Below are positions 1 to 10,470 of a stretch of 40,469 bases of DNA, in pieces (within the stretch, counting starts at the first letter, position 1; each line of letters opens with the position of its first letter). The translations under genes were made by a program, and so were the position numbers. The notes beneath the pieces are model-generated. The model ran no database searches, had not been told where the DNA came from, and was given only the letters and a program-made list of their open reading frames with translations. Where the stretch lies: the NCBI GenBank assembly GCA_947626125.1, contig CANQRA010000003.1, positions 1-40,469 on the forward strand. The letters run 5' to 3'. Origin of the DNA: an uncultured Bacilli bacterium. Its GTDB lineage: Bacteria > Bacillota_I > Bacilli_A > RF39 > UBA660.

Positions 1-75
1 TGCTAATCTATTCAAATATATTAAAAATATATCTAAATCTTTTTAATTTTACTTATTGACTTTTACCAGATGTTC

Positions 76-519
76 TTATTTAGCATGACTATCAATGATA
101 ATTGTAGTGGGTCCATCATTTTGGATGGAGACTAACATATCTGCTCCAAATATTCCCGTTACAGTAGGTACTGATTTATTTAATTCAGTATTAAAAATAT
201 CATATAATTTAATGGCTTCTCCGCCATTTAAAGCTTTGATATAACTAGGACGATTACCTTTTTTGGTGTCGGCGTATAAAGTAAACTGACTAATGGATAG
301 AATACTTCCTCCTACATCTAAAATACTTTTATTCATAATACCATTTTCATCATCAAAAATTCTTAAATTAACGATTTTTTTAACAATATAATTGATGTCT
401 TCTAAAGTATCATTTTCCGTAAAACAACTAAAAACAACTAATCCATTAGTAATTGAATTATATACTTTATTATTAATTTGCACATTACTTGCTTTACTTC
501 TTTGAATTATTACTTTCAT
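76..519 (-). CDS. dtd: D-aminoacyl-tRNA deacylase
   Basis: SQFTLYADTKKGNRPSY and NDGPTT motifs; directly downstream of rel. Confidence 0.96.
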   Translation of the reverse strand: MKVIIQRSKASNVQINNKVYNSITNGLVVFSCFTENDTLEDINYIVKKIVNLRIFDDENGIMNKSILDVGGSILSISQFTLYADTKKGNRPSYIKALNGGEAIKLYDIFNTELNKSVPTVTGIFGADMLVSIQNDGPTTIIIDSHAK

Positions 520-522
520 TTT

Positions 523-2649
523 TTACTCCATTATTTTAACATTTTTAAATTTAGCTATTTGATTTTTAAAATGCTCTAACTCTTCTTTATTTTTAACTTT
601 CACTAATAGCTCGTATAAATTGCCTTCCTCGGTTTCTTTGTTTTTGAGTTCCGCGATAATTATTTTCTCTTTAGTCGCGAGTTCCATTAAACTAACTAAA
701 AACTGTGAATTATTAACTAAAAGGACAATTTTTGTATAATAAGAATTATCGCTGTTAACATTCCAAGATACTTCAATTAAGCGTTTACTCGTATCTATAA
801 TATTTGGGCAATTCTTCTTATGAACAGATATACCTTCGCCTTTCGTAATAAACCCTATTATATCATCACCTTTAACGGGCATGCAACATTTTGCTAAAGA
901 ATATAAAATATTATCATGACCATCAACAATAATATCATTATTAGGGTTATTCGTAATAGCCTTAGGTTTTATTTTTTCAATTAAAATATCATCTAGGGAT
1001 TGTTTATCTTCTGTGGCTAAACTAATAATATAACCTGCGGTATACCGTAAAGAACCAATAGATAAATATAATTCATCAAGATTATTTAATTTCAAATCTT
1101 TAAGAATTTTACTAGTATTTTTCTCATTTAAGATGTCATTTAAACTAATTTTTCTTCTTCGAGCTTCTTTTTCTAAAATGCTTTTGCCTTTAGCAATATA
1201 TTCTTCGCGGTCTTTCTTACTAAAGAAAGCTTTTATTTTGGTCTTAGCTTGTTCCGTTTTGACAAAGTTTAACCAATCAATACTTGGAAGAGCCTCTTTA
1301 TTTGTAATTATTTTAACAACATCATTATTTTGTAAATTATAAGATAAAGGCACAATATTATCATTGACAATAGCTCCAGTGGTGGTATCTCCTACCCTGC
1401 TATGAATGCGGTAAGCAAAATCGATGGGCGTACTACCTTTAGGTAATTCAATAACATCACCTTTAGGTGTATAAACATAAATAAGTTCACCTAAAATATT
1501 GCTATGCATTGTACTTTCAAAAGTTGTATCATTCTCATTACTATTATTTTCAATGATATTCCGGAACATCTCTAATTTTTGTTCCATCATAGCTTGGACT
1601 TTTTTGACCCCGTTTTCTTTATATGACCAATGAGAAGCTAAACCTTTCTCGGCGATTTCGTCCATCTCATAAGTTCTTACTTGTACTTCATAAAATTTGC
1701 CATCATCCCCAAAAACCGTTGTGTGTAAACTTTGATACATATTCTCTTTGGGATTAGCAATATAGTCTTTAAAACGGTGTGGAACAGGACGATATTTAGA
1801 GTGAATCAAACCAATCACGGTATAGCATAAAGCAGGAGTTTTAACAAATATTCTTAAGGCAAGGATATCATAAATATTATCCCAACGACGACCTGTGCTT
1901 AATTTATTATAAATACTGTAAACACTTTTAACTCTTCCTTTTATTTCATGGTTGATTCCATTTTCAATTAATAAATGCGATAAATCTTCTTTCATTTTCG
2001 ATAAGTTATCATTAAGTTCTTCCACCGTATTATTAAGGCGTTCTAAAATATCATTATAAACATCCGGTTTAAGAATTTTTAAACAAATATTTTCTAACTC
2101 GCTTTTTATGGAATTAATACCTAAACGATGGGCGATTGGCACTAAAATATCCATTGTTTCTTTTGCTGTTTTTTTATTGTGTTCTTTATCAAGAGCATAA
2201 CTGGTTTGTAAATTATGTAAACGGTCGGCAAGTTTAATAAAAATCACTCGCGGGTCTTCCGCTAAACCAACTAAAACTTTTCGCAAGTTTATCTTGGAAT
2301 TTTCCGTTTCATCCGCTAATTCAAGTTTATTAATTTGAGAGATATTGGAAACAATGTTACTAACTTCTTCGCCAAAGTTTTCTTCTAAAATCTCTTTAGT
2401 TGCCTTATTACCATGATCTAGGGTGTCATGAAGTAAAGCGGAGATAATGGTAATCTCATCAACATTTAAATTACTTAAAATATAGGCAACATTCAAAGGG
2501 TGCGTAATATAATCATCATTATTTAACCTCTTTTTACCTTTGTATTCTTCACATGCAAAAACATAAGCTTTTTTTATCTTAGCTAATGATTCTTCATTAA
2601 AATTTAAATTAGCAATTAATTTTTCGTAAGTTATTTCTTCTGGTTCCAT
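523..2649 (-). CDS. relA: Bifunctional (p)ppGpp synthetase/hydrolase Rel
   Basis: HD motif LLHDT, IKLADRLHN, YQSLHTTV, EVQVRT, TGS domain (TPIDFAYRIHS), AKCCMPVKGD. Confidence 0.96.
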   Translation of the reverse strand: MEPEEITYEKLIANLNFNEESLAKIKKAYVFACEEYKGKKRLNNDDYITHPLNVAYILSNLNVDEITIISALLHDTLDHGNKATKEILEENFGEEVSNIVSNISQINKLELADETENSKINLRKVLVGLAEDPRVIFIKLADRLHNLQTSYALDKEHNKKTAKETMDILVPIAHRLGINSIKSELENICLKILKPDVYNDILERLNNTVEELNDNLSKMKEDLSHLLIENGINHEIKGRVKSVYSIYNKLSTGRRWDNIYDILALRIFVKTPALCYTVIGLIHSKYRPVPHRFKDYIANPKENMYQSLHTTVFGDDGKFYEVQVRTYEMDEIAEKGLASHWSYKENGVKKVQAMMEQKLEMFRNIIENNSNENDTTFESTMHSNILGELIYVYTPKGDVIELPKGSTPIDFAYRIHSRVGDTTTGAIVNDNIVPLSYNLQNNDVVKIITNKEALPSIDWLNFVKTEQAKTKIKAFFSKKDREEYIAKGKSILEKEARRRKISLNDILNEKNTSKILKDLKLNNLDELYLSIGSLRYTAGYIISLATEDKQSLDDILIEKIKPKAITNNPNNDIIVDGHDNILYSLAKCCMPVKGDDIIGFITKGEGISVHKKNCPNIIDTSKRLIEVSWNVNSDNSYYTKIVLLVNNSQFLVSLMELATKEKIIIAELKNKETEEGNLYELLVKVKNKEELEHFKNQIAKFKNVKIME

Positions 2650-2900
2650 TAAATATCATTCCTATCATTATATTTTTGAAATTCTCTTATATCAATATTA
2701 AGTATATCGGCAACTAAGTCACAAATATGCAAATTATTTTGCTCTTGCCAAATATTTTTTAAGCAATAGTTCCATAAATCAACCGCATTAATATGATATA
2801 TTTTGGCTCTTTCCCATTCTTTAATCTTGGTATTAAAGGCCGGCAATAAGCGCATAAATAAATCATTTTTATTAATTTTATTTTCATTATTATTTGCCAT
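2649..2900 (-). CDS. comN: ComN-like post-transcriptional regulator
   Basis: 83 aa with LLPAFNTK..DLWNY..LVADIL pattern; divergent from spoVB as in Bacillus. Confidence 0.65.
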   Translation of the reverse strand: MANNNENKINKNDLFMRLLPAFNTKIKEWERAKIYHINAVDLWNYCLKNIWQEQNNLHICDLVADILNIDIREFQKYNDRNDI

Positions 2901-2925
2901 AATTAGAAAGAACCTTTCATATTAT
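2897..2925 (+). promoter_or_regulatory. Putative sigmaE-type promoter of spoVB
   Basis: CCATAAT-N14-CATATTAT, close to the B. subtilis sigmaE consensus; AT-rich context lowers specificity. Confidence 0.5.
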
Positions 2926-2964
2926 TATTATATAATAATTTATTTCATTTTTAAAGGTGAACTT

Positions 2965-4266
2965 ATGGAAAAGAAAAATCTCTTTTTAAAATCAACAATT
3001 ATTTTAATTCTTGGAGGAATTATTACCAAAATTCTTGGCTTTGTTATTAGAATTATTTATACACGGATTGTGGGGGCAGAAGTTATTGGCCTTTATTCTT
3101 TAGTCATGCCGACATATTCTTTATTAATCACGGTTGCTACTCTTGCCCTACCTACCACGGTTTCTAAATTAGTTGCCGAAGGCAAACACAATAATTTACA
3201 AATTATTACTACCTCCACGATTTTAATCATGCTCATTAATTTCTTTGTCGTTATCTTGATGCTTTTTTCTGCCAAGTTTATTGCCTATAATCTTTTACAT
3301 GAAGAAAGATGTTATTTGCTGATTATTGCTATGAGTCTTACTTTTCCCATTATTTCTGTCTCATCTATTATTAAAGGATATTTTTATGGTCGGCAAAATA
3401 TGGTACCTAATGTCGTATCCAATATTATTGAGCAATTAGTAAGGGGGCTTCTAATCTATTTATTTGTTCCTTCTATTATGGCATATAGTGATATTTTAGC
3501 AGCTGCTTCTCTATTTGTCTTTTCTTTTATTGAAGAAGTTGTTTCAATTTTTGTTAATCTTTTATTTTTACCCAAGAATATTCAAATTAAACCATCATCT
3601 TTAACATTTAATAAAAGCATTTTAAAAAATATTTTAAATATCTCTCTTCCCACCGTATCATCTAGGCTTATTGGTAATGTTGGTTATTTCTTTGAACCCA
3701 TTATTCTTACTAATTTACTTCTTTTAAATGGTTATACTAATAATTATATAGTTCTAGAATATGGCGCCTATAATGCTTATACAATGACAATTTTAACGGT
3801 ACCATCCTTTTTTATCACCGCAATTTCTTCTTCCTTAATCCCAGAGATTAGCAAAAATTATTTAAAAAGAAATTATTCAGCATTAAAGAAAAGATTAAAA
3901 GAAGCGTTAGGGTTTGCCTTATTTATTGGCCTTAGTTATTCCGTTATTTTAGTATTCTTTGGAAAAAATATATTATTTGCTTTATATAATACAACGTTGG
4001 GATTAAACTATATTAAAGTTCTTATTCCTTTTTTCCCTTTATTTTATATTGAAGCTATATTAATGAGTTATTTGCAAGCTCTTGATAAAGCCAAAATAAC
4101 TATGATAATTACGATTATTGGGGTTCTTGTTAAATTACTAAGTCTATGTCTAGCCACTTTTTTCCATATTGGCATGTATGCATTAGTAATCTCAGAAATC
4201 GTAAATATTCTTGTGGTCGTTTCTTTAAATATTTATTTTTCTTATAAAGTTACTAAACAATTATAA
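2965..4266 (+). CDS. spoVB: SpoVB/MurJ-family lipid II flippase
   Basis: MOP flippase pattern (KILGFVIRIIYTRIVGAEVIGLY, IIEQLVR); start moved to ATG 2965 after RBS AAAGGTGA. Confidence 0.8.
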   Translation: MEKKNLFLKSTIILILGGIITKILGFVIRIIYTRIVGAEVIGLYSLVMPTYSLLITVATLALPTTVSKLVAEGKHNNLQIITTSTILIMLINFFVVILMLFSAKFIAYNLLHEERCYLLIIAMSLTFPIISVSSIIKGYFYGRQNMVPNVVSNIIEQLVRGLLIYLFVPSIMAYSDILAAASLFVFSFIEEVVSIFVNLLFLPKNIQIKPSSLTFNKSILKNILNISLPTVSSRLIGNVGYFFEPIILTNLLLLNGYTNNYIVLEYGAYNAYTMTILTVPSFFITAISSSLIPEISKNYLKRNYSALKKRLKEALGFALFIGLSYSVILVFFGKNILFALYNTTLGLNYIKVLIPFFPLFYIEAILMSYLQALDKAKITMIITIIGVLVKLLSLCLATFFHIGMYALVISEIVNILVVVSLNIYFSYKVTKQL

Positions 4267-5358
4267 ATACCAAAGTTTTTCGCCATTTTTATAAATTTCT
4301 TTAATAAAGCCACAGCCTAAACATTCTTCGCCTAAATATAAAACACAGGCTTGACCAGGTGTTACGGCTTTAGCCCGACCCGGATATTTAACTAATATTT
4401 CATTATTTTCTAAGTATTCTAATTCTACAGGATGGTCTTCTCCCCGATAACGGAACTTGGCGGTACAAAAAGTAGGATGAGTACTACTTATGAAATTAAC
4501 ATTTTGAATTAGACAAGCATCGCTATATAAATATTCTTCATCACCAATTGTGACATATAAAATATTATTCTTCACATCTTTGCCACAGACAAAATGACGA
4601 GCTTGATGTCCCGCAATACCAACATTTTTTCTTTGGCCAATCGTATAATTCATAAGGCCATGATGTGTACCAATAACTTCATTCGTCGCAATATTTACAA
4701 TATCACCTTTATTTTCTTTTAAGTAATTTTGAATAAATTTTTGAAAATTGCGTTCCCCAATAAAACAAATCCCCGTGGAATCTTTTTTATGGGCAACAAC
4801 TAAACCTTCATCTTCCGCGATTTTTCTTACTTCACTTTTTTGTAAATTACCAATAGGAAATAGGACATCTTTTAGTTCATCGGGCGTAACATCAGCAAGA
4901 AAGTAAGTTTGGTCTTTATTTAAATCTTTAGCTCTTAATAAACGACCATTTTCGATGCGAGCATAATGACCCGTAGCCATATAACGGGCTCCTAACTTAA
5001 GAGCTTCTTTTTTAAATAAATCAAATTTAATATATTTATTACATAACATATCCGGATTAGGGGTTCTTCCTGCCTCTAATTCATCTAAGAAATATTTAAA
5101 AACATAATCCCAATATTCTTTAATAAAATCGACGCGATGCAAAGGAATATTTAAAGTTTCACACACTTTTAAAGCATCATTATAATCTCTTTCTTGAGGA
5201 CAGATAATATCATCGTTTTCAAAATCTTCTCCATTAATGGTACTGTCCCAATTTCGCATAAATAAAGCAATGACATTATAACCCTCTTTTTTTAAAAGGT
5301 AAGCGGCAACAGCACTGTCAACTCCCCCACTCATACCTACAACAACAGTTTCTTTCAT
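4261..5358 (-). CDS. mnmA: tRNA 2-thiouridylase
   Basis: SGGVDS, TPNPDMLCN, ATGHYA, KDQTYFL, DSTGICFIG, TPGQ; start chosen at MKETV. Confidence 0.96.
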   Translation of the reverse strand: MKETVVVGMSGGVDSAVAAYLLKKEGYNVIALFMRNWDSTINGEDFENDDIICPQERDYNDALKVCETLNIPLHRVDFIKEYWDYVFKYFLDELEAGRTPNPDMLCNKYIKFDLFKKEALKLGARYMATGHYARIENGRLLRAKDLNKDQTYFLADVTPDELKDVLFPIGNLQKSEVRKIAEDEGLVVAHKKDSTGICFIGERNFQKFIQNYLKENKGDIVNIATNEVIGTHHGLMNYTIGQRKNVGIAGHQARHFVCGKDVKNNILYVTIGDEEYLYSDACLIQNVNFISSTHPTFCTAKFRYRGEDHPVELEYLENNEILVKYPGRAKAVTPGQACVLYLGEECLGCGFIKEIYKNGEKLWYL

Positions 5359-5378
5359 CTCATCATCCTCTTTTAATT

Positions 5379-6320
5379 TTATAAGCAAATATTGATAATA
5401 TAAGAAATTAATGCCAAATCTTTATTTATATTACCACTTTTCAGCTGATAATCAAGCATACTTAAATTAACAATTTCTTTTTTTATTTCATCTAAGCGAT
5501 ATTTTCTTAAATTATTTCGGACTTTTTCATACATCCAATCGGTTAATTTAAGTTCAGTTAATATTTTATTTTGCGGTAGGGACTCTTCTAAATACAGATG
5601 TGTAAGATACATTAATTTAAATTCCCGATATAAAAGAGATACAATGGCGGTTACTTCACCTTTGAATATTTTAAATTCATCCAATAATTTAAGAGAAGTA
5701 GAGATATCTCTATCAATAATACTATCAACTAATTTAAAATTATTTTCTTCTAAAGTTTTGGCACTCAAATTAAGCACATCTTCGTATTTTATTTCCCCTG
5801 GCTTACTGTAATATAGCATGATTTTCTTTAATTCATTATAAGCAAGGTCAAAATTGCCTAAAGAATTATTAATAATATACCATAAACATTTATCATTAAT
5901 ATTGTATTTATAACTTTTAGCTATTCCTTGCAGTTCATTTTTCATCTCTGTCTTAGTTAAGCTTTTTACTTCATAGACATGATTGTTTTCTTTTATCTTC
6001 GTATAGATTTTTTTTCGGGTATCCACTTTCCCTGATGCAAGAAAAATTAATTTAGTATGGGGATTTTCATCTTCCATATATTTAAGTAATTTATCTTTGT
6101 CTTTGCTTTCACTATCTTTTGTTAAAAAGAATTTCGCATTGCGTACAATGATACATTTATCACTATCAAACATGGAAAAATATGATGCTTCGGTTAAAAC
6201 ATCATCAAACGTACTTTCTTCTAAATTATAACTAATAATATTATCACAACCATTAGTTAGTTTTTTTAGAATTTCATTGGTATGATAAATTGTCTCACTA
6301 ATAATTAAATATATATTCAT
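5379..6320 (-). CDS. holA: DNA polymerase III delta subunit
   Basis: SMFDSDKCIIV, NELKKI, DYQLKSG; comEC-holA synteny. Confidence 0.88.
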   Translation of the reverse strand: MNIYLIISETIYHTNEILKKLTNGCDNIISYNLEESTFDDVLTEASYFSMFDSDKCIIVRNAKFFLTKDSESKDKDKLLKYMEDENPHTKLIFLASGKVDTRKKIYTKIKENNHVYEVKSLTKTEMKNELQGIAKSYKYNINDKCLWYIINNSLGNFDLAYNELKKIMLYYSKPGEIKYEDVLNLSAKTLEENNFKLVDSIIDRDISTSLKLLDEFKIFKGEVTAIVSLLYREFKLMYLTHLYLEESLPQNKILTELKLTDWMYEKVRNNLRKYRLDEIKKEIVNLSMLDYQLKSGNINKDLALISYIINICL

Positions 6321-6357
6321 GAATATATTATCTCAAATCATGATTTTCTTGACAAGC

Positions 6358-7545
6358 TTAAAATGTTACTCTATCTCTTTTGTAAAATAAAATAGCAGTT
6401 AAAATGTAATGAATAATTCCTACGATGAGAGATGGTAAAGTCAAATATTTAATATCTAGATTAAAGATTAAACCACAGATAAAAATCCCGATGGCATCCC
6501 CTAAAAGAGTTGTCGAATACTTACAAACTGTCATAAAGAAACTATACTCTTTAGGAACTTTATTAATGAAATAAGAGCCAAATAAATAGCCGAATGGTTG
6601 GTCAAATATTAATAGATAAATGATGGTTACTAAAAGCAAGATTTTGCTTCCTGTAAGATATACTAAAAGATAAAGAATTAGTCTTAAACCATATTTAAAA
6701 ATTAGATTTATTTGGTCATTTTGAAAATGCCATTTTTTTACGATTTGAATGGCTAAAAGATTGGAAAAAATCCCTAAACCTAAAATGAGAAAACTAGCAC
6801 TTTGGGTTGGCATGGATAAATTTTGGGTAAGCGTTAATAAAGGAAGCCCTAAAATACTTGACCATACAACCGAAGAAAGACAATCGATAGTAAAAAATAA
6901 ATATAATATTTTATGGGTATTAAAGTAATGAAAAATAGCTTTAAAATCAAAATTATTTTTAGATGCTTTTTTCTTTTTCTTATTATCAGTGATAGTGAGT
7001 AAGACAATGAAAGAAGCAAAAACAAATATAACTGAAAGGAGCAAACACTTATTGTAATCAACGATAAATGAACCAATATATCTACCGATTAAAAGAGAAA
7101 CTAATAAAAAGCCTAATTTTTCACTAATGGATTCAACCGCGCCCTTTTTAGTATAAGCTTCATCGCTTTTATTCAGACTGAGCATCAAAGGATAGACACT
7201 GGATAAAATTAATTCTTTGAAAGCAATATCAAAAAACATGGTAAATTTAATGAAGAAAAGCTCACCACTTTTATTTAAACAAATCAGTATTGTCCCAGTG
7301 AGCATCTTTAAAATTAAAGTAATTAAAACACCTGTTTTTAATTTTTCATACGATACTTTGATTGTAAAAAATAAAAACACCAATATAGTAACAATGGAAG
7401 CAATACTCGTAATATTAGCAATGGTTGATGTCGTTAAGTTATTATCCACTAACCACAAATCCCGATATTTAGAAAATAAACCAACACTAAAAGAAAATAA
7501 AGCTAAAAATAAATATAATAATTTTACTTCCCTCTTATTATTCAT
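6358..7545 (-). CDS. MFS-like multi-pass membrane transporter
   Basis: About 12 hydrophobic segments with a central hydrophilic loop; start at MNNKR after AGGTGA. Confidence 0.7.
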   Translation of the reverse strand: MNNKREVKLLYLFLALFSFSVGLFSKYRDLWLVDNNLTTSTIANITSIASIVTILVFLFFTIKVSYEKLKTGVLITLILKMLTGTILICLNKSGELFFIKFTMFFDIAFKELILSSVYPLMLSLNKSDEAYTKKGAVESISEKLGFLLVSLLIGRYIGSFIVDYNKCLLLSVIFVFASFIVLLTITDNKKKKKASKNNFDFKAIFHYFNTHKILYLFFTIDCLSSVVWSSILGLPLLTLTQNLSMPTQSASFLILGLGIFSNLLAIQIVKKWHFQNDQINLIFKYGLRLILYLLVYLTGSKILLLVTIIYLLIFDQPFGYLFGSYFINKVPKEYSFFMTVCKYSTTLLGDAIGIFICGLIFNLDIKYLTLPSLIVGIIHYILTAILFYKRDRVTF

Positions 7546-7593
7546 ATAGTCACCTACTTTAATAATATAGCACATTTTAAAGCATTTGCAAAC

Positions 7594-7623
7594 AAAAAGA
7601 GTAAGGTTTATAGGGCCTTACTC
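7594..7623 (-). terminator. Intrinsic terminator after comEC
   Basis: GAGTAAGG-N9-CCTTACTC followed by TTTTT on minus strand. Confidence 0.75.
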
Positions 7624-7656
7624 AATCTATGTAAACATTATATAATGTATTATATT

Positions 7657-9660
7657 TTATGGCTTATATTCCTTCTTAGTGTAGTTATTTTGGTTAAGTA
7701 TTATCTCAATTGTGCCACTTGTTTGGGTATTTAAATAATTAATGTGTAAATCGTTTAAAGTAGCAAGTGTTTCTTCGGAAGGATGATGATAAATATTATT
7801 ACGTCCCGAAGAAATAATGGCAAGCCTTGGGTTTAAAGTTTTAAGAAAGGTATAATCACTACTCGTTTTACTGCCATGATGAGCAATTTTTAGAAAATCA
7901 ACTTTTAACCGATAATCTTTTAATAATTGTTGTTCTATTTTTTTCGAAGTATCACCTAAGTAAAGAAAATAGTAATTATAAAGATGAAAATAACTAATAA
8001 TACTACTCTCATTTTCATTATCATTATAATATTTAGTAATATTAACAAAATTAAAATATTTACTCTTATAATTATTAACAACATGACCTTGGGCGATAAT
8101 TTGGCTTTCTAAGGCATTAATTCCACCCTTATTAATAATGATATTATTTATGGTGTATTCTTCCAAAAGATGCAAAGTTTCTTTGGCATGGTCAACATCA
8201 CCATGGGATAAAATAAGCAAATTTATCTTTTTGATTCCTAAGCTTTTTAAAAAAAGCATGGTATTATCCGTGACATGGTAATCATTATATGAGCCTCCCG
8301 TATCAATCATTATAACTTCTTTTTGATGAGGGGCAATTAAAAGGCTAGAATCCCCTTGCCCAACATCTAAATAATAGATGTGGTAATTATTATCGAGTTT
8401 AGGAAGAAAAATATTAAAACATAAGAGTAAGATTAAGGCACTATAATACCTTTTCTGCTTTTTTTGATAAATAAGAAAAAGGAGGAAAAAATAAATCAGC
8501 AAACATATAATATTCATTTTGGGCATAAGCATATTTAGACTTATCTTATTAAAAAAGGCATTACTCATTTCTAATAATTTAATACTAAGTAAGAGGATAG
8601 GCTCACAAAAAGGAAAAACAAATGTTATAAGCACTAAAGGAAAGAGAAGAAAAGTAATATAGGGAACATAAAGAAGGTTTAAAAAAGGACATACTAAATT
8701 AAAAGTATAATTCATATTAATAGTAATAGGTAAACTAGCCGTGAATGATGACAAACTAACCTTCAAACTATTTAAAAAATAATGAGCCGATTTTTCTTGC
8801 CATGAGAGGACATAAGTAATTAGAAATGAATATTGAAAACCCACATTATAAATAAAAAAGGGATTAATTAAAATGAGTATAAAAGCACTTAACAAAAGAA
8901 TGCGACTATTAGGTAATTCTACTTTGAGCCATTTTAAAAAGTCTTTTAAAAGATAAAAAGTAACTGCCCTTAACAAAGAGGCTTTAAAGTTAACAAGAAA
9001 GAGAAAAAAGAAAAGAAAAAGACTAATTAAAATTTTAGCATACTTATTTTTAAATATCTTACTTAAAATAAAGATAATTAAACTTAAATGTAAAGAAGAA
9101 ATCGCAAATAAATGCCAAATACCATTATTTAAATAAAGATGATATATTTCATCATTTAGACCATCTCTCCTTCCTAAAATAAACAAATTTAAATAAGGTC
9201 TTATTTCTTCAGAATAAGTATTAATTCTCTTTTGAATTTGCTTTTTTATTTGATAAAATGGATTAGCTTTTTTAATTTCTTCTATATTTTCAACTTTTAA
9301 AGATAAATAAATTTTATTATTATATAAATATTTTTTATAATTAAAAGTATTTGGAATGGTATTATTATAGGCATTGATTTTAGAAGCCTTAATAACGACT
9401 TTACTTCCTAGTAAATCACTAACGTCTTTATTGTAATAAAGACATCTTACTAATTCCTTACTATCCAAAATAAATTCCGTTTTTTCACCATCATATGATA
9501 CATCAATAATCGTACCAACTATATTATCATAACTTTGGATTTTAGTATCATACTTAATTACCACGGTAAAAAGATAGATATAAAGGATGGCAAAACTAAG
9601 AAGAAAGTAATAAGTGTATTTAGACTGTAATATAGTCTTTAATTTTGCTAAATGTGGCAT
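7657..9660 (-). CDS. comEC: DNA uptake channel ComEC
   Basis: HLFAISSLH, GFQYSF, beta-lactamase-fold domain (LDVGQGDS, SHGDVDH, AHHGS, YHHPS). Confidence 0.93.
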   Translation of the reverse strand: MPHLAKLKTILQSKYTYYFLLSFAILYIYLFTVVIKYDTKIQSYDNIVGTIIDVSYDGEKTEFILDSKELVRCLYYNKDVSDLLGSKVVIKASKINAYNNTIPNTFNYKKYLYNNKIYLSLKVENIEEIKKANPFYQIKKQIQKRINTYSEEIRPYLNLFILGRRDGLNDEIYHLYLNNGIWHLFAISSLHLSLIIFILSKIFKNKYAKILISLFLFFFLFLVNFKASLLRAVTFYLLKDFLKWLKVELPNSRILLLSAFILILINPFFIYNVGFQYSFLITYVLSWQEKSAHYFLNSLKVSLSSFTASLPITINMNYTFNLVCPFLNLLYVPYITFLLFPLVLITFVFPFCEPILLLSIKLLEMSNAFFNKISLNMLMPKMNIICLLIYFFLLFLIYQKKQKRYYSALILLLCFNIFLPKLDNNYHIYYLDVGQGDSSLLIAPHQKEVIMIDTGGSYNDYHVTDNTMLFLKSLGIKKINLLILSHGDVDHAKETLHLLEEYTINNIIINKGGINALESQIIAQGHVVNNYKSKYFNFVNITKYYNDNENESSIISYFHLYNYYFLYLGDTSKKIEQQLLKDYRLKVDFLKIAHHGSKTSSDYTFLKTLNPRLAIISSGRNNIYHHPSEETLATLNDLHINYLNTQTSGTIEIILNQNNYTKKEYKP

Positions 9661-10402
9661 CTTTAATTCCGTTTACTTTCTTAATATCTTCAATACTTTT
9701 AAAAGGACCATTCTTTTCCCGATAATTAATAATATCTTGGGCTTTACTTTCGCCAATCCCGGTTAATGTCATAAGTTCACTTAGAGAAGCCGTATTAATA
9801 TTTACAAGGGTACTTCCTTCTTCCTTTTCTCCTGTATCCCCATTCTCCTTTGAATCTTCTTTAGTGGGTTCTTTAACTTCTTCTTTAGTTTCTTCCTTTT
9901 CTTCTGGCGTAATAATACTCTCATGTTTATCCTCACATTCGGTAATATCATAAGTCGGGCAAACACATTCTTGGGTGCTAGTCTTCGGTTCTTCTTTCTT
10001 AAACTCGCTTTTCGTATAAACATAAATAACTAATTCATTTGATAAATGATAACTTAAATTAATATTATCCGTGTAAGCATCTTTATTAAAACCTCCTGCT
10101 TTAGTAATAACATCATTAATAATATTATTTTCTTTAACTAAGTATACACCCGGATTTTTAACCGCTCCTTTTACTTCTACATAAATATCTTTAGCTTCCG
10201 CTACTTCTTCTTCCTTTACTTCTTCTTTCGGTGTTTCTTCACATTCTAAGGCTACATCGTTTGCCAAATCATTACATACACAAGTAAAATTCAGGTATTT
10301 ATAAGTTAGGACCGAAATCCCTATTATTAAAAGAATATTCAGGAAAATACTTCCCATAAGTAAACCATGATGACTGGTTTTTAAATCATTAAAAAAATCC
10401 AT
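9620..10402 (-). CDS. comEA: DNA receptor ComEA
   Basis: N-terminal TM, SLBB (VEVKGAVKNPGVY), C-terminal HhH (VNINTAS..LTGIGESKA). Confidence 0.93.
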   Translation of the reverse strand: MDFFNDLKTSHHGLLMGSIFLNILLIIGISVLTYKYLNFTCVCNDLANDVALECEETPKEEVKEEEVAEAKDIYVEVKGAVKNPGVYLVKENNIINDVITKAGGFNKDAYTDNINLSYHLSNELVIYVYTKSEFKKEEPKTSTQECVCPTYDITECEDKHESIITPEEKEETKEEVKEPTKEDSKENGDTGEKEEGSTLVNINTASLSELMTLTGIGESKAQDIINYREKNGPFKSIEDIKKVNGIKDATFSKIKDYITV

Positions 10403-10414
10403 AAAATTTCCTCC

Positions 10415-10455
10415 CTACTATATATATAAAAGTTTTTTTATGGATTTCCTTTTTT
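10415..10455 (-). promoter_or_regulatory. SigmaH-like promoter motif upstream of comEA
   Basis: AAAAAAGGAAAT-N15-TATATA-N-ATAGTAG; ungapped 33/41 match to 12193-12233. Confidence 0.45.
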
Positions 10456-10470
10456 TTTAAGTAAATTTTT

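Noticed and set aside
2803-2964. N-terminal extension of spoVB in the ORF track
   Set aside because: Overlaps comN antisense; RBS and family alignment favour ATG 2965.
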